Counted from the first letter of the stretch, positions 50,595 to 59,599 are shown. The stretch is 64,000 bases of DNA from Burkholderiales bacterium (GCA_023383795.1 JAHDYJ010000012.1:5307-69306); one strand, 5' to 3'. Numbers and translations: made by a program. Notes: generated by a model from the sequence alone, not told the origin.

Positions 50595-52742
50595 ATGACA
50601 CGCAGCATCGCGACGGCCGCGCTCGCGGCCGCTCTGTTCTCGCCGGCCGTTGCGCCAGCACAGGGCTCTGGATTGCGCAACACCGATACCGCCGGTTCGA
50701 CCCTGCCGCCGGTGGTCGTGACCGCGACCCCGCTCGGCGCCGAGCTCTTCGGGCTCGCGAGCCCCGCGGCCGTCCTGCAGGGTCCGGGTCTGCGGCTCAA
50801 GACGCAGTCGACCCTCGGCGAGATTCTAGGCAACGAGGTCGGAGTCGCCTCGACCTACTTCGGCCCGAACGCGAGCCGCCCGATCATCCGCGGGCTGGAC
50901 GGCGACCGCATCCAGCTCTTGCAGAACGGCGTCGGCGTCCTCGACGCCTCGGCGGCGAGCTTCGACCACGCAGTGTCGCTCGAACCGCTGCTCGTCGACC
51001 GCGTCGAGGTCGTACGCGGGCCGGCTGCGCTCATGTACGGCGGCAACGCGGTGGGCGGCGTGGTGAACGTCGTCGACGGCCGCATCCCGCGCGAGCCGCT
51101 CGGGCGACCCTTCGCGGGTGCGATCGACCTGCGCTACGGCTCGCGGAACGACGAGCGCGCGGGCGGCGTGCGCCTGGACGCGGAGGGCAACGGCTTCGTG
51201 CTGCATGCGGACGCCTTCGGGCGGCGCACCGATGATCTGCGGATTCCCGGCTTCCAGCGCTCGGCGCAGCTCCGCGCGCGCGACCCGCTGCCGCCCGGCG
51301 ATCCCGAGCCCGCCGGCCGGCTGCCCAACAGCGACGCGAAGGCGTCAGGCGGCGCGCTCGGCGGTGCGCTCCTGTTCGACCGCGGCTACCTCGGCGCCGC
51401 CTATTCGGTCTACGACACCGACTACGGCACCGTCGCAGAGGACACGGTGCGCATCGGCCTGCGCCAGCGGCGCTGGGAGGTGGCGGGCGAGCTCCGCGAT
51501 CCGCACCCGTCGATCAAGGCGCTCCGCCTCAAGGCCGGCCACTCGGACTACGCGCATAGCGAGCTCGAGGACGGGGAGGTGGGCACCGTGTTCCGGAACC
51601 GCGGATACGACGGACGCCTCGAGGTCGCGCACGGGAGGCTCGGCCCGCTCGAGGGTGCGATCGGCCTCCAGCTCACGCAGTTCGACTTCTCCGCGCTCGG
51701 CGACGAGGCGTACGTGCCGGACACCGCGACCGACCGCTTGGCGGCCTTCGTCTACGAGCAGGCGGAGCGCGGTTCCTGGACGCTCTCGTTCGGCGGGCGG
51801 CTCGAGCGCAACCGGGTGCGGGCGAGCGCGCTCGTCGACACCGCCGGCGCGCCGGTGCTGGACCCGGCCGGGAACCCGATCCCCGGCGGCGAGCGCACCT
51901 TCACGCCGGCGAGCGGCTCGGTAGCGGTCGTCTATGCGCTCTCGCGCGAGTGGGCGGTGGCGCTCAACGCGGCCTACACCGAGCGCGCACCGACCTTCCA
52001 GGAGCTCTTCTCGAACGGCCCGCACGTCGCGACGAACGCGTTCGAGATCGGCGATCGCGACCTCGACAAGGAGCGCTCGGCCGCGCTCGATCTCGGCCTG
52101 CGGCGGCGGGGCGACGACTGGCGCGGCGCCGCCGGCGCGTTCTACAATCGGTTCTCCAACTTTGTCGCGCTGCTCGCATCGGTCGACCCGGCGACCGGCC
52201 AGCCGCTCTTCCGCGACACTGACGACCGCACCTTGCCGGCGGTGGCCGACCCGGCCGGCGCGGGCTACGCCGAGCCGATCCAGCAGTACCAGTACGGCGC
52301 CGTGCCGGCGACCTTCTACGGACTGGAGCTCGAGGGGAGCGCGCGCGTGTGGCAGGGAACCGGGCAGCGCGTGGATGTCGAGGTGCGCGGCGACTACACG
52401 CGCGCGAGGAACCGCGCCACCGGCGCGCCGCTGCCGCGCATCGCGCCGCTCCGTTACGGGGGCGGCGTCATCTACACCCGCGGCATGCTCGACGCGCGGC
52501 TCGACGTGCTGCGCGCCGAGGCGCAGCGCCGCGTCCCGGCCGGCGAGCTCTCCACCGACGGCTACACGCTGCTCGATGCGAGCATCACATACCGCCTGCG
52601 GGCGCAGGGCGTGTCGGGCGAGGTCTACCTGCGCGCGGTCAACCTTCTGAACGAAGAGATCCGCTACGCGACCTCGTTTCTGCGCGACCTCGCGCCCGCA
52701 GGCAAGCGCGGCGTGGCGATCGGACTGCGGGCGAGCTTCTGA
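50595..52742 (+). CDS. TonB-dependent receptor (ZnuD-like)
   Basis: VVVTA TonB box, FGPNASRPIIRGLDGDRI, VEVVRGPAALMYG, ELFSNGPHVAT, C-terminal Phe. Confidence 0.93.
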   Translation: MTRSIATAALAAALFSPAVAPAQGSGLRNTDTAGSTLPPVVVTATPLGAELFGLASPAAVLQGPGLRLKTQSTLGEILGNEVGVASTYFGPNASRPIIRGLDGDRIQLLQNGVGVLDASAASFDHAVSLEPLLVDRVEVVRGPAALMYGGNAVGGVVNVVDGRIPREPLGRPFAGAIDLRYGSRNDERAGGVRLDAEGNGFVLHADAFGRRTDDLRIPGFQRSAQLRARDPLPPGDPEPAGRLPNSDAKASGGALGGALLFDRGYLGAAYSVYDTDYGTVAEDTVRIGLRQRRWEVAGELRDPHPSIKALRLKAGHSDYAHSELEDGEVGTVFRNRGYDGRLEVAHGRLGPLEGAIGLQLTQFDFSALGDEAYVPDTATDRLAAFVYEQAERGSWTLSFGGRLERNRVRASALVDTAGAPVLDPAGNPIPGGERTFTPASGSVAVVYALSREWAVALNAAYTERAPTFQELFSNGPHVATNAFEIGDRDLDKERSAALDLGLRRRGDDWRGAAGAFYNRFSNFVALLASVDPATGQPLFRDTDDRTLPAVADPAGAGYAEPIQQYQYGAVPATFYGLELEGSARVWQGTGQRVDVEVRGDYTRARNRATGAPLPRIAPLRYGGGVIYTRGMLDARLDVLRAEAQRRVPAGELSTDGYTLLDASITYRLRAQGVSGEVYLRAVNLLNEEIRYATSFLRDLAPAGKRGVAIGLRASF

Positions 52743-52825
52743 GCGGCGCAGGCCGCGCGCGCCCTCGGCCCGGCCATCGCCGGACGACTATACTTCCGCC
52801 ACCAGCGATCGAAGGAGAGCGAGCG

Positions 52826-53404
52826 ATGATTCGAAGCGCGCTAGGTCTGCTAGCAGGTCTGACGCTCGCCCTGGGCGCCGGCGCGGCCCACGGCAAGGAG
52901 TGCAAGGGCGTCGCCTTTCCCGATCAGGTGCAGGCCGACGGTGCCGCGCTGAAGCTGAACGGCCTCGGCCTGCGGCAGGCGACGTTCCTCAGGATCGACG
53001 TTTACGTGGGGGCGCTCTACCTCGCGCAACCCTCCCGTGACGCCGACGCGATCCTGAAGGCGAACGGGCCTTGGCAGCTCGTCCTGCACTTCGTGCGCGA
53101 CGTGGGACAGGCTGATCTCGTCAAGGCGTGGGACGAGGGCTTCGAGAACAACGCCAAGGGCGAGATCCCGGCGCTCAAGGACCGCATCGAGTCGTTCAAG
53201 GGCATGATGGCCGACGTGAAGACGGGCGAGCGCATCGTCATGACCTACAAGCCGGGCGCGGGCGTGCAGACGGCCGTCAAGGGCACAGCCAAGGGCGCAA
53301 TCGCGGGCGAGGACTTCGCGCGTGCGTTGCTCGCGATCTGGTTGGGCCCGCGTCCGCCGAACGCGGACCTGAAGGCCGGACTGCTCGGCGGGCCGTGCGG
53401 CTGA
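52826..53404 (+). CDS. Periplasmic chalcone-isomerase-like protein
   Basis: Signal peptide; LKLNGLGLR, VYVGALYL, LLAIWLG, LKAGLLG. Confidence 0.88.
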   Translation: MIRSALGLLAGLTLALGAGAAHGKECKGVAFPDQVQADGAALKLNGLGLRQATFLRIDVYVGALYLAQPSRDADAILKANGPWQLVLHFVRDVGQADLVKAWDEGFENNAKGEIPALKDRIESFKGMMADVKTGERIVMTYKPGAGVQTAVKGTAKGAIAGEDFARALLAIWLGPRPPNADLKAGLLGGPCG

Positions 53405-53610
53405 AGATCGGCCCGGCTCGCGGCTTCCGCTCACCTCCGTTCCGCGGCTCGCGACGCGACTTCGCAACCGTCGTGGCATGGCGCCGCCCGCGTCTGCGGC
53501 ATCGCGGGTCGCGCCGCACGCCGTGGCAATGTCGAGCCGGTTTACGCTCCGCCCGTCCCCAGGCCGGCCGCATCGATCCAGGGACTTGAATACAGAGAGA
53601 AACCAGATTC

Positions 53611-53626
53611 TGGCCTGAAAGGTGCA
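53611..53626 (+). promoter_or_regulatory. Putative sigma-54 promoter of the PEP-CTERM gene
   Basis: TGGCCTGAAAGGTGCA has GG-N10-GC spacing; PEP-CTERM genes are commonly sigma-54/PrsR controlled. Confidence 0.5.
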
Positions 53627-53699
53627 TGCCCCCTGGCGCTTGGCCTTGCAAAGGTTGTTGCACGGCAGTTCTCTCGACACTTTCTGGGAGGCGACGGCG

Positions 53700-54542
53700 A
53701 TGAAGCGGAAGCTGACGCGTATTGCGCTTGCGGCGCTCGGATCGGCGGGCCTCCTGTGGTCGGCAGCCGCGTCCTCGGCCCTGATCACCTCGTTCACGGC
53801 GAGCGGTACGGTGGGCGCCACGGTAGCCGCCTATCCGACGGCCTTCTCGGCCGGTGCGGGGACGCTGACGGTCAGCGGCATCCCGGCCGGCGCGAGCATC
53901 CTGCAGGCCTACCTCTACGCGAACAACTACTTCGGTACGCCGGACGCGTCCGCTACGTTTGACGGAAACGCCCTCGGCGCGGTTGCGCCGTTCGCGACCG
54001 ACGGCGGGTTCTCCGCCTATCGCTGGGACGTCACCGGCCTGGTGACCGGCGACGGCGCCTATTCGGCGAGCTACAGCGGCCCGACCAACACGTACGGTCT
54101 CGCGCTCGCGGTCGCGTTCAGCCACCCGAGCCTGCCGGTCTCGACCGTGTGCATCAACGACGGCGCCGTCGACATCGATGGCCCCGAGACCGCCAGCACC
54201 TCCTGCGCCGGCATGGCCGCGGGGAGCGGGACGCTGTGGATCCATACCGCGGCCGACAATGCCCTTGGTGAGTCGGGCGAAGAGATCCGCTACAACGGCG
54301 CCGTGGTCGGTGGTCCGATCGACGCAAATCTCGGGGACTTCGCCAGCCTGTTCGAGCTCGCGGTCACGAACCTGGACGGCCTGAACACGGCGGAGATCTT
54401 CTCCCCGGCCGACCAGTTCGGGTGGGACCTCGCGGTGTTTGCCGGGCCGGCTGGCGAGACGGGAGTGCCGGAGCCCGGTTCGCTCGCGCTGCTCGGCCTC
54501 GGCCTGGCGGCCTTCGCGCTCGCGCGTCGCAGGAAGTCCTGA
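53700..54542 (+). CDS. PEP-CTERM sorting-domain surface protein (DUF3344-like body)
   Basis: Signal peptide; C-terminus VPEPGSLALLGLGLAAFALARRRKS. Confidence 0.93.
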   Translation: MKRKLTRIALAALGSAGLLWSAAASSALITSFTASGTVGATVAAYPTAFSAGAGTLTVSGIPAGASILQAYLYANNYFGTPDASATFDGNALGAVAPFATDGGFSAYRWDVTGLVTGDGAYSASYSGPTNTYGLALAVAFSHPSLPVSTVCINDGAVDIDGPETASTSCAGMAAGSGTLWIHTAADNALGESGEEIRYNGAVVGGPIDANLGDFASLFELAVTNLDGLNTAEIFSPADQFGWDLAVFAGPAGETGVPEPGSLALLGLGLAAFALARRRKS

Positions 54543-54563
54543 GCGCTGCGAGGCAAGCACCGG

Positions 54564-54592
54564 AAAGGCAGCCCGCCGGGCTGCCTTTTTTT
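54564..54592 (+). terminator. Rho-independent terminator
   Basis: AAAGGCAGCCC-GCC-GGGCTGCCTTTTTTT. Confidence 0.9.
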
Positions 54593-54723
54593 GTGCGTGC
54601 GCGCGGCGCCGAGTCCGGAGCCGGCGCCGGATCGGCGCTGCGCTTCGCCCACGGCTCCGCTACGCGCCGACCGCGACCTTCCTTCGTGCACCACTTCCTG
54701 GGGAGCTGATTCGCGGGCCTGCG

Positions 54724-54978
54724 TCAGGTCCTCCGGAAGATTCCGAGCTTGCCCAGGATGAATATCAACAGCACCGCGCCTCCGAGAGCGACCACGAAGC
54801 CCAGGATGCCTCCACCAGGTGCGATCCCCACCAGTCCCGCGATCCAGAAGCCCAGCAGCGAACCCACCACGCCCACCAGGACGTTGGCGATCAAGCCCAT
54901 CTGGGCGTTGGTCTTCATGATGATGCTCGCCAGCCAGCCGACGATTCCGCCAATGATCAACGTGATGATCCAGCTCAT
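54724..54978 (-). CDS. GlsB/YeaQ/YmgE stress-response membrane protein
   Basis: IIGGIVGWLAS, NVLVGVVGS, GAVLLIFI. Confidence 0.9.
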   Translation of the reverse strand: MSWIITLIIGGIVGWLASIIMKTNAQMGLIANVLVGVVGSLLGFWIAGLVGIAPGGGILGFVVALGGAVLLIFILGKLGIFRRT

Positions 54979-55034
54979 GTCCGTACTCCCCTTGTGATCG
55001 ATGCCGCCGCTCGCGCACCCTGCGCACGGCGCGG

Positions 55035-55640
55035 TTAGCGCATTGCCTCGCGGGCCATTCGCAGGATGTCATCCAGTGGATTGCCGTCGCCGTTCAGGTC
55101 GAGCATCGAGGCGAGCCCCGGCGCCGCGGCGCCCGGCGACTCGCTGCCGGCGCCGGCGGCCTGGCCGCCGAGCAGGCTCCCCAGCAAGCCTCCGAGCGCG
55201 CCGCCCGCCGGAGCCGGCGGCGCCGCAGCGCTGCCGCCCTGTTGCTTCGCCACGAAGCCTGCGACCAGCATCGCCAGCATCGGCAGCATCTTCCTCAGCA
55301 GGGACGGATCGAGCCCCGACTGCGAGGCCGCGTTCTGCGCGACCGCGCGGCTCACGTCCTTCGAGCCGAAGATCTGTCCGAGCACGTCGTTGCCATGGCT
55401 GACGTCCGTAGGCTGCGGTGCGAGCACCTCGTCGAGCAGGCTGCCGCCGCCGAGCCGCCCGAGCAGGCCGCCGAGCCCTTCGAGCCCCGAGGGTTGCGAC
55501 TGTGCCTGCTTCTTGAGTCCGCCTAGGATCGCCGGGATAAGCGCTTCGGCTCCGCTCGCCGCTTGGGTCTCGCTGACGCCCAGTTCCCGCGCCATCGACC
55601 GGAGGCCGCCCGCCTGGGCGAGGATATCGGTGATCTGCAT
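55035..55640 (-). CDS. DUF937/YidB-like protein
   Basis: GNDVLGQIFGSKDVSR, KMLPMLA, LDLNGDGNPLDD. Confidence 0.8.
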   Translation of the reverse strand: MQITDILAQAGGLRSMARELGVSETQAASGAEALIPAILGGLKKQAQSQPSGLEGLGGLLGRLGGGSLLDEVLAPQPTDVSHGNDVLGQIFGSKDVSRAVAQNAASQSGLDPSLLRKMLPMLAMLVAGFVAKQQGGSAAAPPAPAGGALGGLLGSLLGGQAAGAGSESPGAAAPGLASMLDLNGDGNPLDDILRMAREAMR

Positions 55641-55677
55641 GTGCTTCCCCCGTTGGCTGAGTGACCGCACCGCCGGC

Positions 55678-56082
55678 TCAGTCCAGGAGCTCCTTGGGCA
55701 CGTTGCCGCCATTGGCGGCGATGCGCGCGAGCACGGTCTTGTGCAGCCACATGTTCATCTTCGCCGAATCACCCATCAAGTCAGCCGGGCAGCCGAGCTC
55801 CGTGGCGAGTTCCTTGCGCGCGGTGAAGCTGCTGTCGATGTCCAGAAGCTTCAGCAGGTCGACGATGGACGTCCGCCAGTTCAGCTTCTGCGGGTTCGCC
55901 GCTGCGCGCTTCTCCAGTTGCGCAACAACATCGACAACGGCGATCGGCTTGGGCGGCGGTGGTGCAACTGGCGCCGTCACTGGGCCCGCCGATGCCGCGG
56001 TGGGCGCAGGGGTGGGAGGTGCGGCGGCAGCCGCAGAGGTACCCATGCCGAGCTTCTCGAGGATCTTGCTGAAGAATCCCAT
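55678..56082 (-). CDS. DUF3597 domain protein
   Basis: LNWRTSIVDLLKLL, ARKELATELG, DSAKMNMWLHK, NGGNVP. Confidence 0.88.
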   Translation of the reverse strand: MGFFSKILEKLGMGTSAAAAAPPTPAPTAASAGPVTAPVAPPPPKPIAVVDVVAQLEKRAAANPQKLNWRTSIVDLLKLLDIDSSFTARKELATELGCPADLMGDSAKMNMWLHKTVLARIAANGGNVPKELLD

Positions 56083-56420
56083 GTTGCTCTCCTTGAGCTT
56101 GAGTGGTTGGTGTGTGACAGTGCACCCCCATTGAGTGCAAGCCTGCGGCACACTCCGATACGCACGACGACGGGCTGGGAGGTCATTCCGACGGGTTCGT
56201 CGATAGTCACGCTCGCGAAGTGCCGCTGCCAGAACCGCGAAGATGCCCCGTAGTCCGAGGCAACGCATTGAATTCAGTCTAGCGGTCGAAATCGAGCAGG
56301 TGTTGAGGCAAGTCAACTGCCCTGGGGTGCCCGCCCGATCCCCGGCGGGAAAGAATTCGAGTGGACCTCGGACTGCTAGGAACGCCGTTCGGCCGGCACG
56401 CCTTCGTCACGGCAAGCCGG

Positions 56421-56451
56421 AAACGAAAACGGCCAGCGCACGCTAGCCGTT
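56421..56451 (-). terminator. Terminator downstream of the tRNA-Asn 3' end (chromosomal side of the att site)
   Basis: Minus strand AACGGCTAGCGTGCGCTGGCCGTT followed by TTCGTTT. Confidence 0.6.
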
Positions 56452-56459
56452 GAATTGAC

Positions 56460-56504
56460 TGGCTCCCCGACCAGGGCTCGAACCTGGGACCTGCGGATTA
56501 ACAG
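56460..56504 (-). mobile_element. att site: 3' half of tRNA-Asn(GTT), 45 bp
   Basis: Minus strand CTGTTAATCCGCAGGTCCCAGGTTCGAGCCCTGGTCGGGGAGCCA = anticodon loop, T arm and CCA; the 5' half is absent. Confidence 0.9.
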
Positions 56505-56669
56505 AGCGCTTTTACACTCCGCGGCGCAAGACATTACACCTTCGCACAACACAGAACAACAGGGACGGCGGGCGTTTGTCTGCATGAGTGACATTTGCCG
56601 CAGCCACACGAGCCCGCGCAGGACGCGCCAGAACGGCCGCTGCGCGATCGCAGAGGCGAGGAGATAGGA

Positions 56670-56695
56670 TGGCCCAGCGCGCTAGCCCAGCGCGC
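56670..56695. repeat. 13-bp tandem direct repeat, candidate integrase arm-type sites
   Basis: TGGCCCAGCGCGC / TAGCCCAGCGCGC, ~170 bp inside the att site. Confidence 0.5.
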
Positions 56696-56856
56696 AGTGG
56701 CGCCAGATACGCAAGGCGGTACGCGTGAATTCGGCGAGGATCAGATGTCCGCGACCCGCACCGTCGGGGTGGCGCTCACGGATGAGCCGCACTTGCGCTC
56801 GAGCGCGCCGCTCCATCGCCGCCGCGTCGCCCGGGCGGTCGGTCGGCATGCCGGCC

Positions 56857-56943
56857 TCACGACCTCGTCGGCGATGGCGTCGGCGCCGAGCTCGCGCCCA
56901 GGGCGAGCCGATTCGGAAAGCGCTCCCCGGAATTCGCCGTCAT
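56857..56943 (-). pseudogene. 28-codon remnant resembling the N-terminus of a DUF2460 distal-tail protein
   Basis: ATGA-coupled to the tape measure stop; MTANSGERFPNRLALGASSAP resembles the recalled DUF2460 start pattern RFP-x-x-I/L-A/S-x-G-A/S-x-G-G-P. Confidence 0.4.
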
Positions 56944-59003
56944 GCGTTGTGCCTGAGCGCGCTCTGGATCGCGAGCCCGACCTCGGCGCCGGTCTGCTTG
57001 GCGCTTGCTCCGGTCGTGCCGCCTGGCACGGTGACGTTGATAACGATCGAGTGTCCGCCGCGGCCGCGCCCGGCCGGAGTGATCGTCACGCGCTCGCCTG
57101 GGGCGGCGCTGATCGGCACCAGGCGCTCGGCCGAGCCTGTCCCGGGCACGGTGAACGCGCCGCCGTGCTGGAAGGGCCCGAAGACGCCGCTCGCGAGCAC
57201 CTGGTCGATCGCAAGGCCGCCGGCGCCGCCGCCCAGGCCGAACAGTTTGAGGAAATCGAAGTTTCCGCCGGCGATCTCTTTCGCCGTCTTCGAGGCGAAC
57301 CCGCCGAGCGGCTCCGTCACGAATGCGCGCGTCCCGATCCTGCGCAGATCCTTTTCGAGCGCGTTGAGGACATCGCGCAGGTTCTCGCCCTCGACGACGG
57401 CATCCTCGAAGGCGCTCGAGAAGACGGGCCCCAGCTCCTGCCAGGCGTCGCGCAGATCGTCGGACTCATCGGTGATCCGGCGGAGCTCCTCGTCGAGCTC
57501 GGCCATTGCCTCGCGCGCCTTGACGGCGTTCGCGCCGCCGCGCTCGAGCTCGCCCGCCATCAGGGCGAATTGGCGTCGGTTCTCCTCGATGCGCCCGGTG
57601 CGCGTCGAGGCGAGCAGCCCCTCGATCGCGCGGGCGCGGTCCTGCGCGGCCTGGATCTCGCGCTGGGCGAGGTCCTCGGCCGCCTGCGTCGCCTCCTCCT
57701 TGAGCCGGGTGTCCTCCTTGTAGAGATCGATCTTCGCTGCAACCGCGACGAGCTCGTCCTTCTGCGCGGCGGTGACTTTCAGGGTGCCGAGCTCGTACTG
57801 ACCGAGAATCTCGAGCACCCGGGAGCCCTCCGCGCTCTGCCGGTTCAGCTCCGAATTGAGCGAGGCGAGGGTGCGCTGGAAATCGTCGGCCTCCTTGCGG
57901 GCCGATGCCGTGCGCGTCTTGAGCGCGGCCGGAAGGTCGGGCGCGCGGGCGAGCGGGCCGCTCGGTCCGGCGGGAGTCGCTTGTGCGAGCGTCTCCCGCG
58001 CCTTCATGAGCCGCTCGATTTCGGCTTTCTCCTCACGGATTTTGCCGAGTCGGAATTCGATCACCTTCGTCGCGTTCTCGTCGCTCGTCAGGAACCGGGC
58101 GATGGCGCCGCGCTGTGGTACCTGCTCGAGCTCCTTCAGCAGCTGCTGCTCCTCCTGCACGAGCTCGTGGAAGCGCCCGAGATTGACGTTTCCGGAGAAC
58201 GCGAGCTTGAAATTCTCGCTAAAGGTGAGCGCCGAGCGGCCGGCGCCGAGGAAGGCGCTGGTGAGCTCGCTCAAGCCGAGTAGGAGCGGCCTACTGAGCT
58301 GGAGCTTGAGTCCCTCGAGCCGCTGCCCGAGCCGGGTTAGGTCGTCATTGAATTGCTCGGCCGCACGCGCGGTCTGCGTGTCGATGACGATGCCGAGGCG
58401 CTCGGCCTCGGCGCGCATCGCCTCCAGCCCATTCGCGCCCTGGTTCAGGAGCGGGATCAGATCAGCGCCGGCGCGGCCGAAGAGCCGGGTCGCGATTGCC
58501 GTCTTGCCGGCGCCATCCTCCATCTTCTGGAACCGGTCGGCCACCTCGGCGAGGATCGTGTCGGAGCCCTTGAGCACCCCTTGGGCATCCTTGACTGAGA
58601 TCCCGAGTGCCGCGAAGGCATCCTTCGCCTCCCCGGTGCCCTTCGCCGTGTCGAGCATGTTCACCGAGAGCCGTACGAGCGCTGTCTCGAGGTTCTCCGC
58701 CGAGACGCCGGAGAGATCCGCGGCGAAGCGGAGCGCACTGAAGGCCTCCGTGGTGACTCCGGCCCGCTGCGCCGCCTTGCCTGTCTCGTCGGCGAGGTTC
58801 GCGACCCCACGCGCAGCGGCCACCAGGCTCCCGGCGCCGAGCACGCCCACGAAGCCCGCGAGTGCGGTGCGCGCCGCACCAAAGCTGCCAGCCAGGCCCT
58901 TCGAGCGCTTCTCGAGCCCCTCCAGCCCGCGCGTGACCGACGCGAACGCGCCCCGTGTATCGTCGGTGGCGGTGATGCGAAAGTTCGGGTCGCGGGTCGC
59001 CAT
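56940..59003 (-). CDS. Phage tail tape measure protein
   Basis: RITATDDTRGAFASV N-terminus; helical repeats FAALGISV, LFGRAGADLIPLLN, AEQFNDDL; C-terminus FQHGG...PGERVTITP...IVINV. Confidence 0.85.
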   Translation of the reverse strand: MATRDPNFRITATDDTRGAFASVTRGLEGLEKRSKGLAGSFGAARTALAGFVGVLGAGSLVAAARGVANLADETGKAAQRAGVTTEAFSALRFAADLSGVSAENLETALVRLSVNMLDTAKGTGEAKDAFAALGISVKDAQGVLKGSDTILAEVADRFQKMEDGAGKTAIATRLFGRAGADLIPLLNQGANGLEAMRAEAERLGIVIDTQTARAAEQFNDDLTRLGQRLEGLKLQLSRPLLLGLSELTSAFLGAGRSALTFSENFKLAFSGNVNLGRFHELVQEEQQLLKELEQVPQRGAIARFLTSDENATKVIEFRLGKIREEKAEIERLMKARETLAQATPAGPSGPLARAPDLPAALKTRTASARKEADDFQRTLASLNSELNRQSAEGSRVLEILGQYELGTLKVTAAQKDELVAVAAKIDLYKEDTRLKEEATQAAEDLAQREIQAAQDRARAIEGLLASTRTGRIEENRRQFALMAGELERGGANAVKAREAMAELDEELRRITDESDDLRDAWQELGPVFSSAFEDAVVEGENLRDVLNALEKDLRRIGTRAFVTEPLGGFASKTAKEIAGGNFDFLKLFGLGGGAGGLAIDQVLASGVFGPFQHGGAFTVPGTGSAERLVPISAAPGERVTITPAGRGRGGHSIVINVTVPGGTTGASAKQTGAEVGLAIQSALRHNA

Positions 59004-59006
59004 CGG

Positions 59007-59204
59007 TCATCCCTCACAGCCGCTTCCGCCGGTCGTGGCGCGCCGCCGGCGCACGGCCTTGCCCGCCCAGGCCGCGAGCCGATCGGCTGCGCGGCATCGC
59101 GGGCACGTCCTCTCGTTGCCGGTCGGTCGGAAATTCATGCGGCAAGCCTCGCAGCCGACGATCGGGAGCTCGGCGGGCGGCGGCCGTTCCGGCGGCTTAC
59201 GCAT
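59007..59204 (-). CDS. Small zinc-ribbon protein (CxxC...CxxC)
   Basis: CEAC...CPRC; start overlaps the upstream ORF stop; ends 3 bp before the tape measure start. Confidence 0.5.
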   Translation of the reverse strand: MRKPPERPPPAELPIVGCEACRMNFRPTGNERTCPRCRAADRLAAWAGKAVRRRRATTGGSGCEG

Positions 59205-59412
59205 CGGCCGCGAGATTGTCCAACGCCGCACGCAGCGCCGGCGGCACCCAGAGGTCCACGCGGTCGGGATCGACTTCGCCGCGGCGCACGGCCCGCTCAA
59301 GCTCGAGCCGGAAAACGTTGCAAGCTACTTCGCGGGCGAGCCAGGTGCAGTGGCGATTGAGGCGACGACGGACCGCGCGCGGCAGTTGGTTGCCATGCAT
59401 GTAGTTCAGCAT
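59197..59412 (-). CDS. Small hypothetical protein with LPRAVRRR..RHCTW motif (copy 2)
   Basis: MLNYMHGNQLPRAVRRRLNRHCTWLAR; tightly packed between neighbours. Confidence 0.55.
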   Translation of the reverse strand: MLNYMHGNQLPRAVRRRLNRHCTWLAREVACNVFRLELERAVRRGEVDPDRVDLWVPPALRAALDNLAADA

Positions 59413-59582
59413 CCGGCGACGCCCGCGGCCGCCCACGGGGGAAGGAATAAGCCCACAACGGCCGCGGACGCGCCGGATTCCGTTAATGCCCGATCAGCGC
59501 GACGCGCGATCCACGTGCAGTGTCGAGCAGCTCGGCGACGGACCGCGCGGGGGAGGTGTGGCTGCGGACACACACTCGGCAT
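59406..59582 (-). CDS. Small hypothetical protein with LPRAVRRR..RHCTW motif (copy 1)
   Basis: MPSVCPQPHLPRAVRRRAARHCTWIAR; starts 17 bp after the capsid stop. Confidence 0.5.
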   Translation of the reverse strand: MPSVCPQPHLPRAVRRRAARHCTWIARRADRALTESGASAAVVGLFLPPWAAAGVAGC

Positions 59583-59599
59583 CCGGCAACGGATTCGCG

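Noticed and set aside
53634-53650. Second sigma-54 motif TGGCGCTTGGCCTTGCA
   Set aside because: GG-to-GC spacing is 11 nt rather than the required 10.
56460-56504. Functional tRNA-Asn gene
   Set aside because: Only the anticodon loop to CCA is present; the D arm and 5' acceptor strand are missing, so it is an att duplicate.
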